Shown here in pieces: positions 12,160-23,903 of a stretch of DNA of 64,000 bases. Every line of letters starts with the position of its first letter. Positions within the stretch are counted from its first letter, which is position 1. The DNA is from Octopus vulgaris. Its lineage: Eukaryota. Both the position numbers and the translations under genes were made by a program. The notes beneath the pieces are model-generated. The model did not search any database. It had not been told where the DNA came from and saw nothing but the letters and a program-made list of their open reading frames with translations. The DNA lies in NCBI GenBank assembly GCA_951406725.2, contig OX597814.1, positions 130,386,001 through 130,450,000 of the forward strand, in the 5' to 3' direction.

Positions 12160-12407
12160 TACACGGCTGTGTACCTATGAAACTCTCTCCGCTACTATGT
12201 GGTTTCAGGTTCTGTCCCACTGCGTGGTGTCTTACGTAAGTGTCTCTATAGCTCCGGGTTGAACAATGCCTTGTATCTGAGTTTGGTAAACGGAAACTGT
12301 GTGGAAGCGCGTCCTGTATATGTATGTATGCCTTCTACCATAAACTCGGGTTGACCGAAGACTTTTAAGTGAATTTGGTACTCGGAAACTAAAAGAAGCC
12401 CGTCGTG
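12160..12407 (+). mobile_element. Degenerate SINE family A heads
   Basis: CCCACTGCGTGG...GGAAACT..AAGAAGCCCGTCG, partly duplicated. Confidence 0.65.
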
Positions 12408-12423
12408 TTTATATATATAAATA

Positions 12424-12455
<32 letters not shown>

Positions 12456-12458
<3 letters not shown>

Positions 12459-13165
12459 GGTCTGCTCAGTAAGTATCCGGACTGTTGCCATAGTAATGAA
12501 GCTCAAGCACGCAGAGTGGAGACGCTTAGCACAGATTAACCTTGAACAACTCTGTGCAGGGTTACTAAGTTTTAACGTTTTAGCTCACTTCCGCTGTTTA
12601 CAGCAGTGCTTGGCAAGAAGGAGTGTAGCGTGTGATCGTATCATTGACCATGAATATGTATGAAATTTTGATAAAAGCTTGCTCAGAGGCCTACACTAAG
12701 TTGCATAAATTATATGGAGAGGAGTGTATCAGCCGAAAAAATGTCAATAGTGACGAACGTTCTGGGAGACCTGCAACCAACAGAGCTGAGAAAAACATCG
12801 CAGATGTGCGTGCTGCTGTGAGGGGAAATCGTCGAATCACCATCCATGAGATATCAGAGGATATGCAGATTAGTTACGACCCAGTTCAGTCCATTATCAA
12901 TGAACATTTGGGTATAAGGCGCATGTGTACCAAGATTGTGACCAAACGGCTTTAAGGTGATAACGCACCTGCCCATTCAGCGCAGCTTGTGCTGCAGTTT
13001 TTGGCTAGGTACGGCGTTCCTCAGGTCCGATCGTCACCGTATTCCCTAGGTCTCGCCCCTTGCCACATTTTCCTCTTTCTAAAAATTAAATCCCGCTTGA
13101 AAGAAAGAATACTTCAGTACGTCGAGGAAATCAAAGTGAATGTGACGAGGCAGCTGCTGATTATC
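12456..13165 (+). pseudogene. Internally deleted mariner transposon
   Basis: Translated motifs DERSGRP, NRRITIHEI and EHLGIRRMCTKIV, then a jump to DNAPAHSA and PYSLGLAPCHIFLF (YSPDLAP-like); TIR-like start after TA. Confidence 0.85.
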
Positions 13166-13169
13166 TAAT

Positions 13170-13660
13170 TCCATTATAAATGGAACAAAAATGCAATAGT
13201 GGGCATTAAAACGTTCGGACAGATAGACGATACAAAGGCAGACAAGGGAAATAACAATTAGAAGGACAGGTAAAAAAAAAAAAAAATGACGGGTTATTCT
13301 TGGCTTTCTTTCATCAGTCAAGTTCCAGAAGTCACGACCATTTCGGGCAGTTAGACTTGAGATGGTTCGATCTGGTTGCCCCCCAAAAAGTTTAAGCTAA
13401 GAGCATTAGACCCCTTTGTACGGCAACAAAGACGAAAGAAAAACAAATAAACAAAAGAAAAAGAAGAAAGAAAAAACAGAAATAAACAGGGAGAGAAAAT
13501 AGAAAATGTATAGTGGCTAGCGATCTATCATGGAGTATGCCGGACAGAGGGGTAAACAAAGAGAAAGGGGAAGAAAGGGAGAAGAGAAGACAAAAGGGAA
13601 AAAGAAAGGGAGGGAGAGAGAGGCAAGGTAACGACACATTAAGGAGCGTTTTTATGAGTT
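13170..13660 (-). mobile_element. Diverged homologue of the 5178-6076 element
   Basis: Minus strand GGGGTCTAATGCTCTTAGCTT...CTTGACTGATGA...CCCGTC aligns to 5870-6003; pyrimidine-rich upstream segment. Confidence 0.6.
13304..13390 (-). ncRNA. Second copy of the putative permuted hammerhead
   Basis: GGGCA-A-CCAGATC-GA-ACCA-TC-TCAAG-TCTAAC-TGCCC-GAAA-TGGT...TCTGG-AA-CTTGA-CTGATGA. Confidence 0.55.
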
Positions 13661-14433
13661 CTACCTGAATACTTGAATCCATATGTTGTGACTTAAATCC
13701 ATATGTATGTGTGTGCGTGTGTGTGTGTGTATGTGTGTGTGTGTGTGTGTATACGTGCGCGTGTGTGTGTGTGTTTCTGTCTGGCAACCTCAATCAGACA
13801 CTGGATTGTTGACATTCCCACAACCTTCGCCAAAAGAGGATATAAATACTAGCCTTAAATTAAGTACCAGGATCGATTTCGATTAATCCTTCCAGGTGAT
13901 GCTACAGCATGGTCGCAGTCTAATGATTCAAACAAGTAAAATGCTAAGCAGGTGTGTCTACTTTTCCCATGTTTCAGTAAAATAATGTTCTATTATCTCT
14001 CAAGTATGGGATTAACTAAATATCAATACAAGTCAGTTAGTATAATTCAACGCCAAAAACGAAAAAGAGAAAAAGAAATCTCATGCACACACACACATGC
14101 ACACACACATGCACATACACACACACTCTGTAAAGTGACAAGCGACACCCTTGAGAAGAAAACTGGTGAATCGTCTTCACTTAGAGATATTTGAGTGCAA
14201 AACCATTCCGATGGCCACTTACATGACACTCAAGTAGAACTCTGGTTGAGTATATCTTAAATATATATACATAATACGGTTTAATACTGAGTACACATAA
14301 ACATGCGCACGCATGCGCCCATGCAAATATGTGCATGTATATATGCATATATATGAGTCTTTGTATATATACATACATATATATATGTATGTATATATAT
14401 AGAGAGAGAGGGGGGAGAGAGACACAGAGAGAT

Positions 14434-14500
<67 letters not shown>

Positions 14501-15049
14501 GAAGCAAAATGGGATTAACAAATCCAGTCAGAGACCATTAAAATACTCAGATTTAAACTAATTTGGCTAACTATATCCAACAATTAGACACCACTAAATG
14601 CAAGTAGAATACACATACAAAGAAATTCCTCGTGTATGACAAGTAGATCTAAACATCGTTTAGAAGAAGTTTGAAAAAGTCTGAGTATTAGACAAAAATA
14701 AAAAAAAAGATACGTAGAGAGAAAATCACATCATTAATTGTAGAATTTACCTTACAAAGCTGACAATTATTTTTACTGTATTAGCACATTTAGATATAGG
14801 AAATATTGAAATTAATATTTCTCCAAATACAAGTTAACACAACGTTTCCAAGGCTATCCAAAATTAGTTAAATTCAAAGTGAACTGTGGAAATATTTCCA
14901 GTACACGAGCGCCTGCAAAAAGACCGCTAAACAGAAATATAATCTAAAAAAGTAAAAAGCTATATTTTTGTATTCAACTATTGGTCACGTCAATAACTCT
15001 TCCTTTCCTTCTATGCTTCTGTCACGTTCTTCTGTCTTTTCACTTTGAT

Positions 15050-15655
15050 CTGTGAGCCTACAGTGGTCTCCCCATACAAGACAAAACATCTCCAGGATTG
15101 AGTCACCCCAGAGGGCACTCACTAAACGAATTGAAGGCATGGCTGCTCTCAATTATTGGGATCGCCTTAAAGCCTTGAAACTTTACTCCCTCCAGCGTCG
15201 CCGTGAGCGGTACATCATTTGTACGATGTGGAGAATATACCGCCAACTTTGCCCAAACGACCTTAACATTAGCTTCAAGGTTCATCCAAGACTGGGACCA
15301 CGGGCCATACATCCCCTGCCCAATTCAAGATCACAACATATGTGTACACTGCAACACAATTTCTTTTCCTCAACAGGCCCTGCCCTATTTAACATTGTCC
15401 CGAGGGAGATCAAGGAGGAAAAGGATCCCATCAACTTTAAACGAAGTCTGGATAGATTCCTTCAAAGAATAGTAGATAAGCCACCCATAATTGGATACAA
15501 CTCACCCAACAAGAACTCACTACTTGAACAAAACTTGACTTAAACAAAACTTGACTTAAACAGGATTCGAATAATGCTATCAGGTGGTGCTATTAAGTTA
15601 GACATGGCCTGGACCAATCTTTGGTCGAAACATATCTAAGTTATCTAAGTTATCT
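15050..15655 (+). mobile_element. 5'-truncated LINE 3' end (ORF2 C-terminus) with (ATCTAAGTT)n tail
   Basis: QWSPH...YWDRLKALKLYSLQRRRERY...GPALFNIVP is homologous to the ORF2 end of the large LINEs; shares their 3' motif. Confidence 0.85.
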
Positions 15656-16142
15656 CTCTGCTTCTATCACTTTTTCCCCTCCTATTGGTCATCGTCTTAT
15701 CTTCTTCCATTTGACGTCGACTGCCGGAGTAAGCGGTCGCATTTTCTCTCGTTCACTTTTCGCTGCCTCTGTTAATCCTTTAGAATATTCTCCCGCCGTT
15801 GACTGTTTAAGATTCCTGCCTGACCCTAAGGCCTTATTTTGTTTATCTATTTCAGTACATTCGTATACCCACAGTCGTCCACTTTGTTTTCGTCTCTGTC
15901 CCTCGTTCTTCCACTAATTGTCACAACATTTATACGTTAATTTTCTGTGTCGCATAATTGTTTATTTCTTTTCTGTTTGTTCATTTTCTACCTTGCTTTG
16001 GTTTACCAAATCCCGGCAGCGTTCCAACAAGAGAGGATTCAATATTATCGTTAAGGAATGAAATTACGTTTGGTGATCATCTGTGTTTTTTTTCCTGTTT
16101 GTGCATTCATCATGTTTTTTAACTTATATCTATTCTTTCTTT

Positions 16143-16361
16143 TCTTTATTTTAATTGTTTCAGTCATATGACTACAGCCATGCTGGAGCACCGCCTTTAG
16201 TCGAGCAATTCGACCCCAGAGCTTATTTTTTGCAAGCGTAGTACTTATTCTATCGGTCTCTTTAGCCGAACCGCTAGGTTACAGAGCCATAGACACACCA
16301 GCATCGGTTGTCAAGTGATGGGGGGGGCAAACACAGACACACAAACATATAAACACACATA

Positions 16362-16409
<48 letters not shown>

Positions 16410-16571
16410 TATATACGACGGACTTCTTTCAGTTTCCGTCTCCCAAATCCACTCACAAGGCTTTGGTCGACCCGAGGCTATAGTAGAAGACACTTGCCCA
16501 AGGTGTCACGCAGTGGGACGGAACCCAGGACCATTTGATTGGTAAGCAAGCTACTTTACCACACAGCCACT
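16143..16571 (-). mobile_element. SINE family A, full length
   Basis: Reverse complement of the 1024-1480 sequence. Confidence 0.9.
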
Positions 16572-16660
16572 CAAAAACATAATAAATGTATATATATATG
16601 TTCAAATGCATATATTCACATATACTGATATTCAAATGTATACATACATACGTATGTATG

Positions 16661-16720
<60 letters not shown>

Positions 16721-16723
<3 letters not shown>

Positions 16724-17248
16724 GGTAATACCTCACTTTATGACCAGCTTTACCAGAACCTGCTCTTTACGAGTTTTATTTTTCTAGCACACGATCCAAA
16801 TTTTGAACGAAGTACAAAAGTTCTTACTACCATAACAAATGCTTCTGCGTGTTACCGAGAAACTTATAGAGAGCAAAAAAACTTTTTCTTAGCAAACAAC
16901 TCTAGACTTTTTTTTTTAGAAAGAAATCTACAGATCCGTCTACGAGTGCTTGTGAATCGGCGATCGTGATGTTGTGCGCGAATCTAGTGCAAATGAAAGT
17001 GATTCAGAAAACGATTATACTAATAATATCTTTTATTATAAATGATCGTGACATTCTTTACACATTACTGTTGTTTTATTGCCATTTATTTACGAGTATT
17101 ATATATTTTATGGGTAAGATATTTTTCTGTGAACGAATTACGATCTATTACATTGGTTTTATGGGAAAATATTGCTCTGCTTCACGAGTTTTCGCTTAAC
17201 GAGCAATATTCAGGAACAAGTTAACTCATATATCGAAGCATTATTGTA
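16721..17248. mobile_element. Tigger/pogo-like non-autonomous DNA element (decayed)
   Basis: Degenerate inverted ends CGGTAATACCTC.../...TCGAAGCATTATTG; internal repeated TTTACGAG motifs; no ORF. Confidence 0.45.
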
Positions 17249-17310
17249 TCTATCTATTTACACACACATATACATAGACACTCACACACACACACACACA
17301 TACATACATG

Positions 17311-17484
<174 letters not shown>

Positions 17485-18452
17485 TACACACACATATATA
17501 AAGATAGAAAGGCAGAGAAAAGAAGAGAGAGAGAAAGAGTGAGAAGCTCGGCAGAAGAAAAGAGACTGGAGCTTGACTATTATTGGGTACAGGAGAAAGA
17601 GAATAGAAAAACAAAAAGACTAAAATTAATCTATATGTTTGTCTGTCTGTCTGTCGGTGTGTGTGTGTACGCACGCATGCATGCATATGTACGTGCGTGT
17701 ATGTACCTGTATGTACTCTAGTCTCAGTCACTCCTTTCCCCTACTCCCTTCCTCTCATTCTACTTTTTCTTTTTCATTTTCCTTTCACCGTTACCAGTAC
17801 CACCATCAACGCTATCCTCCTCCTCCTCGTCGCCGTTGTCGTCTTCATCGCACTCAGCGCCATTTATTTTTTCTCTTGCTGCAAAACGAAATTTTAACGT
17901 TCGACGCCATTTGGTCACGTGGTCTAAACAACGCACAACACACATATCATCTCTCTTCTGTTTTCTTAAACCTGTTCCCCCAGCTTCCTTTTTCACTATC
18001 ACCAAATCACCCATCCCAGTATAATCCCCCCCACTCCACCTCATCCCAACTCCGCTAAACCTGACGCAATGAAAGTCCAAAAGTTTTCTTAACATAATTA
18101 ATGCAAGGAATACCAAAACGCTAACCAGGTGTATTATACGCCAACTTCTTCATTCTTCACCCGCCTCATACCAAGCTCACCTTCTCAACAGTATATAACG
18201 ACGGCTGGCGCACCCCTTCGTATCTCCTCTTCACGTATGACAATGAGGTCAGCTTTTTACTCAGTGACCACGATTGGTAGGAGAGTGATTGGGTGCATGT
18301 CAAACGGAAGTAGGATTGTGGGTGGTTAATAGTTGAAAAGAGAAGCAGGGTAGCAGGGTAGAGTGGAAACGGTGCTAGAGACTGACTGCTCTTGTTTGCC
18401 AAAAAAAGCCGACGAAAGAAATAAGAGAAAAGAAAAAAAGAGAAGACGAATG

Positions 18453-18694
18453 AAGGAGGAGGAGGAGGAGGAGGAGGAGGAGAAGTGAAAGAAAAAGAGA
18501 AGGAAGACGAGATTATAAGGAAAATTATGTCGACGATGATGATGAGGATCACCACCATCATCATCATCATCATCATCATCATCGTCATCATCATCATCAT
18601 CATCTTAATCAATTTTATTATCAAAATCATAGCATTATTCGTCGTTAATATTATCATCGTCATCAATATATGATATACATATATATATACACGT

Positions 18695-18731
<37 letters not shown>

Positions 18732-18830
18732 CATACACACACATTCGTCGTAAATATCATCATCATCGTCATCAACATCTTAAGCATCATCCTAATCATC
18801 ATCATGGCCGTCATTACCATCATCATAAAG
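18453..18830. repeat. (GGA)n and (ATC)n trinucleotide microsatellites in purine-rich low-complexity DNA
   Basis: Seen directly. Confidence 0.9.
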
Positions 18831-19488
18831 GAAGGAATATGTAAATAGAAGAGAGCAAGACATATAAACAACAAGAAACAGTGCAGCGAAAGGAAAAGAG
18901 AAAAAAATAGGAGACAGAGAGAAAGAAGAAAGGTATGAAGGACATGTCCTTAATAAATAAATTTAGATCAAACATAAAAGGTCAAGATGGAGAGAGAATG
19001 TGAAGAATATGGTAAATTAGTACAAAAGGAATAAGGTGAAGAGGAGGTGGAAAGGGGAATGGTGAGAGGAGATGTAAGGAGGAGGTAAAGAAGGCGTATA
19101 AAGAAGAATGGAGAGTTGAAAAAGAGAGGAAGATGAAGAGGAAAGAAGAAAGCGAAAAACAAGACGAAAAGAGAGATGAAAGAGAGAAGACGAAGGAAAA
19201 AGCGGAGAATAGAAGAGGAAGCAAAGGTGGAATAGAAAGTGGAAACGTGACGTGACCACAAGATATATAAAAATCAAGTACAGGAAGAAGAGGAGGGCAA
19301 TAATAGGATGGTAATACTGAGGATGGTGGTGGTGGTGGGTCTTCTGCTACTCTTAGTGCTGTTGTTGCTGATGATGTTACTGATTATGATGGTGGTTGTG
19401 AAGGTAGCAAAGCATTATATAGTATGATTCCAGATAGAACTATGCAATTTTTACTAGAAGTGAAAACTGCAGTAATAGTTCAAGGTGC

Positions 19489-19654
19489 TGGCATAGCTGT
19501 GTGGTAAGACGCTTGCTTCCAAACCACATGGTTCCTGGTTCAGTCCCATTGCGTGGCACCTTGGGCAAGTGTCTTCTACTATAGCCTCGGGCCGGCCAAA
19601 GCCTTTTGAGTGGCTTTGGTAGACGGAAGCTGAAAGAAGCCCATCGTATATATG

Positions 19655-19723
<69 letters not shown>

Positions 19724-19782
19724 GTATGTGTATATGTTTGTGTTTGTCCCTCCAACATCGCTTGACAACGGATACTGGTGTG

Positions 19783-19787
<5 letters not shown>
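19489..19787 (+). mobile_element. SINE family A, 3' truncated
   Basis: Homologous to 1024-1325. Confidence 0.85.
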
Positions 19788-19837
<50 letters not shown>

Positions 19838-19838
<1 letters not shown>

Positions 19839-20002
19839 CGACTGGCTTCTTTCAGTTTCCGTCTACCAAATCCAATCACAAGGCTTTGGTCGGCCCGTAG
19901 CTATAGTAGAAGACACTTACCCAAGGTGCCACGCAGTGGGTCTGAACCCGGAACCATGTGGTTGGTAAGCAAGCTACTTACCACATAGCCACTCCTACGC
20001 CT
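19838..20002 (-). mobile_element. SINE family A head, inverted relative to its neighbour
   Basis: Reverse complement of the family A head. Confidence 0.85.
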
Positions 20003-20744
20003 ACTCGTGTACAAGTTGTATACTTGATTGTGATTAGACTGACAGCAACCCCCCACCCCAAAAAAACCCCAAAACTCGTGGGTAACTCATACACGGAGCA
20101 GGGAATTTTCTTTACCAAAATGTAACACTAAATTAAAGGAGCGACTTATACCCGCGTAAATACAGACGTTTCTAAACGTTTTCCAGTTTATCGTTTCTGA
20201 CGCATTCAAGCCTTAGTCCCTTTCATATCTTAATGTTTAATTCAATAGTTTTTTCCCCTTAATTTAGAAATATCCCAGCTTCTAACAAACAATCTAATAT
20301 CAATGAATCAGCAACAATCGTGTAACCTTTCATAAGTTCTATTTTTAATACCTTTTCAATGATCGCTGTGGTAGCCGCCACTATGGAAATGACTCAATTA
20401 TATTTCCCATATATAATCGTTTGTAAACACCGATGAAAAGCATTTCTTCAAAGTTATGAACTTGACGATTCAAAACCATGCAGCTATGTCGTTTTTATCA
20501 AGCTTTGTTGGAGTTTAACACAAATTATCACAGGCGCATTCATTCAAATAAAATTAAAACATATTGATTCAAAGCAGCGAGTGTGCTTTATTACCCTTTG
20601 TTTACGCTTCCCTTCACTTACTCGTTGTATTTCCGCTTCTTAGAAGTTTTTAACGAAGTGTATGTATATATTTCATGCACACAAATATATATATATATAT
20701 ACACAGATGCAAATAGACATACATAATAGATATATAGACTATAT

Positions 20745-20783
20745 ATATAATATATTTCTATTATATGCGTGTATATATATATG

Positions 20784-20878
<95 letters not shown>

Positions 20879-20983
20879 TATATATATACATATATATACA
20901 CACACATATATATGTACATATATACGCATATATACATATAAATACATATATACACATATATACATATATATACACATATGCAC

Positions 20984-21022
<39 letters not shown>

Positions 21023-21134
21023 TATATACATATATACACATATATATACATATATACACATATATATACATATATACACATACATATATACACATATATA
21101 CATATACATATATATATATATATATATACATGTA

Positions 21135-21171
<37 letters not shown>

Positions 21172-21181
21172 TATATATATG

Positions 21182-21228
<47 letters not shown>

Positions 21229-21275
21229 GTATATAGGTATAAATACACTCACACACGCACATTCAAACACACACA
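20745..21275. repeat. (TA)n/(CA)n microsatellite tract
   Basis: Seen directly; source of the spurious YI-repeat ORFs. Confidence 0.95.
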
Positions 21276-21710
21276 ACTGCTGTAGACATCAATAGTATTT
21301 TGTCCGTCTTAACCTTTCCATATCAATAGCTTACACTAATCAACATCTTCTAGCGTAACAGCATACCGAAATCTATGCATTCCTAAATTCTAGTCATTTA
21401 GAATACCGTAAAAAGAAACCAAACAAAATGGAAACAAAAAATACATTGAAAATTCTTTGAAGCAAAGAAAGCAATGAAATATAAAAAAAAAATATGTTCG
21501 TCATCCGTCAAAAATTCATAGACTGTTTATCCTTTATCTACTTCAGTACAGGCTTCCAGCACGGTTACTGTTTTGGTTGTATAGCCTTACACTGCTGCCG
21601 CTAGTTACCGTGGTGAACCTTATCACTCTGTTGTACTCACATACACTTAAATGAAGTGAATCATTGCGAATTAAGTATTTTTGTCATAATTAGAGAATCA
21701 AAGAATGTAC

Positions 21711-21924
21711 GAGGGACTGCTGAAATGTTCCCGGGTTTAAGAGTGTCGCGAAAGGACCTGGTTGGAGGTCCAAACTTCTGAATTCTTTTTACAGGGCTTA
21801 AAGGAAAACTGAAGGCTGCAATAAGTGTGAATCTGAGAGGGGAATATGTTGGTTAAAATCATAATTAACTGATTCTCTTGTATTTTCTTTTACCCAAAGC
21901 CAGGAACTTTTCAGCACCCTCTCA
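21711..21924 (+). mobile_element. Mariner-derived MITE (about 215 bp)
   Basis: TIRs CGAGGGACTGCTGAAATGTTCCCGGGTTT and AAAGCCAGGAACTTTTCAGCACCCTCT; preceded by TA; internal remnant resembling the mariner C-terminal KC...GEYV motif. Confidence 0.75.
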
Positions 21925-22374
21925 AACGAAACAGTGGTACGATAGATCTAATGAGATTGTAGTGTTTCCTGCATTAAATATGCTAGCAACAACTTGAACT
22001 ATTATTTTTCATATAAACGAAGTCGGAATATTTAAAAAAAAAAATCCTGTAATTTCTATTTCTACATGAAAGACTACAGACACTTGTACATTCCTTTACT
22101 TATTACTTTTATATTCCACCTACATCAGCGACAGTGAACGTTAAGTTCTGTTAAAGAGGCCAGAATACTCCGAGAAGGGAAAAACTTAACCGAAACATGT
22201 AAGTAATTACCAAGACAATGATGGCAACATTGGTTTTAAATAAGGCCAACAAGTTTAGGAGGTGGAGGTAAGTCGGTTACAACGACTCCAGTGCTAAACT
22301 GGTTGTTATTTTTATCGACGAAAGGATGAAAGGCAAAATCGACTTCGGCGGAATTTCAACTCAAAACGTAAAAA

Positions 22375-22920
22375 CTGAGTTTTCCAGGTTGATCTTTACT
22401 CCTGCCACCGTCTCGTAAACCTCAATAGCCTTACCCACTTCACGTAGGCGTGCTACTGTGGTTGTGCAGATAGTGATATCGTTCGCGTAAGCTGTAACAA
22501 ACTCCTCTAAACCTGGTTCTCTCGGGATGCCACTCACCCTTCGCAGAATAGGCTCAAGAGCCACCACATACAAAAGTGGTGAGAGAGGACATCCTTGACG
22601 AACATCTTTGCCTGATGCAGAACGGCTTCGAAAGGAAACCGTTCACCTGAATTATCGAGTCAATGTTGTGATACAAAGCGAGAAACCACCTGAGGGAGCC
22701 AAGGCCTAAGCCGAACCGCGCAAGTACAGTCGCCAGGTATCGATGGTCAACCCTATCAAAACCTTTAGACTGGTCCAAATGTACTACTGCCCACCTTTGC
22801 CAGATTTACACAAAAACCCTCTATGGTGTAGCGAATAAGGTGGAGATTATCCTGAATGGTTCTACCAGGGATGGCACATGTCTGAGCCTCCCCGACTATA
22901 CCATTTGCGACACGCGCCTA
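22375..22920 (-). pseudogene. L1/Tx1-clade reverse transcriptase fragment
   Basis: QTCAIPGRTIQDNLHLIR, DQSKGFDRVDHRYL, RQGCPLSPLLYVVALEP and AYANDIT motifs across frameshifts. Confidence 0.85.
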
Positions 22921-23744
22921 CCTTTTTGCTAAGACCAATCTCATCATCGACACCGACTTTCTATACGTGTTTAGTAATACAGTATGAGTCTTTTTATCCA
23001 TTTCGTAGAACTCGTAGGTCTTATAGTTATCAGAAAGTTCTGCAATCTTAGTGGCTGATTGTTTCGCTTTTATTTCTCTCATTAAATCTTAATTTTTGCT
23101 GTATAACGCGACTATCCCTCTATCTTCTGCTTCCTTCCTTACTAATTTTGGTTTCTCTCTTTTCGCCGTTTTATATATTTTTTGGTCTTAGTTCGACATA
23201 TTTAATAAAAAGATTTAATAAAAAGAAAAAGATTGAGATGACCTGATAAAGGCAATTAGCTAATTTTGATTAATTGTTTGTTTGCCTAACTAACTGATAA
23301 ATTAATAGGAGATAAAGTAAATGCATAAAAGCGAAACTAATCAGAGCAACCAACTCTAACAATTCTTTGTTTTTTTAATCGGTCTTCGTCATTGTACTGC
23401 AGCTCAGCCTGGGTAGTGCTTTCAAATGTTTTAAAATGCCCACTTCAACACCAGCACTTCTTTTCACTCTGGTCTTATTTCACCGGTATTTATTTATTCA
23501 TTCTCTAGCATATACGTTCGCATTAACGGATATAATACCGGGTTTAGACTCTAAACATATTCATAGGTATACATATACGACGGGTTCCCACACAGATTTC
23601 TCTACCAAATTTCGTCGACAAGGTATTGATCAAAACAACGCTACAGTAGAAGACAGAGACTGAACGTGCTGCGTGGACTTGAAACCGGAACCGTGATTAT
23701 GAGGCAAACTTCTCAACCACATGTCAATATCTGGGATTATACTT

Positions 23745-23891
23745 TGGTGAAAAACACACCGAATGCAAAGGGTAGAAGGCTGCCCATGGGACTCGATCCT
23801 CAACTTCTGTAATTTCTGACAGGCGTTCTACCATTAGACCAAAGCAATCCTTCGAATTCTTCTATCCATTTTAGAAAATTTATTCTCACCA
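23745..23891 (-). mobile_element. Short TG...CA-bounded element containing a tRNA-like segment (23778-23850)
   Basis: Minus strand GGATTGCTTTGGTCTAATGGTAGAACG...GAGGATCGAGTCCC with A/B-box-like motifs; ends TGGTGAAAA and TTCTCACCA. Confidence 0.5.
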
Positions 23892-23903
23892 TAGAGAATT
23901 GGA

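Noticed and set aside
15660-16130. Pyrimidine-rich segment resembling the 5.3-6.0 kb element
   Set aside because: No alignable hammerhead core; homology could not be established by eye.
23778-23850. Functional tRNA gene
   Set aside because: Acceptor and anticodon stems are mismatched and the T-loop is non-canonical; treated as repeat-derived.
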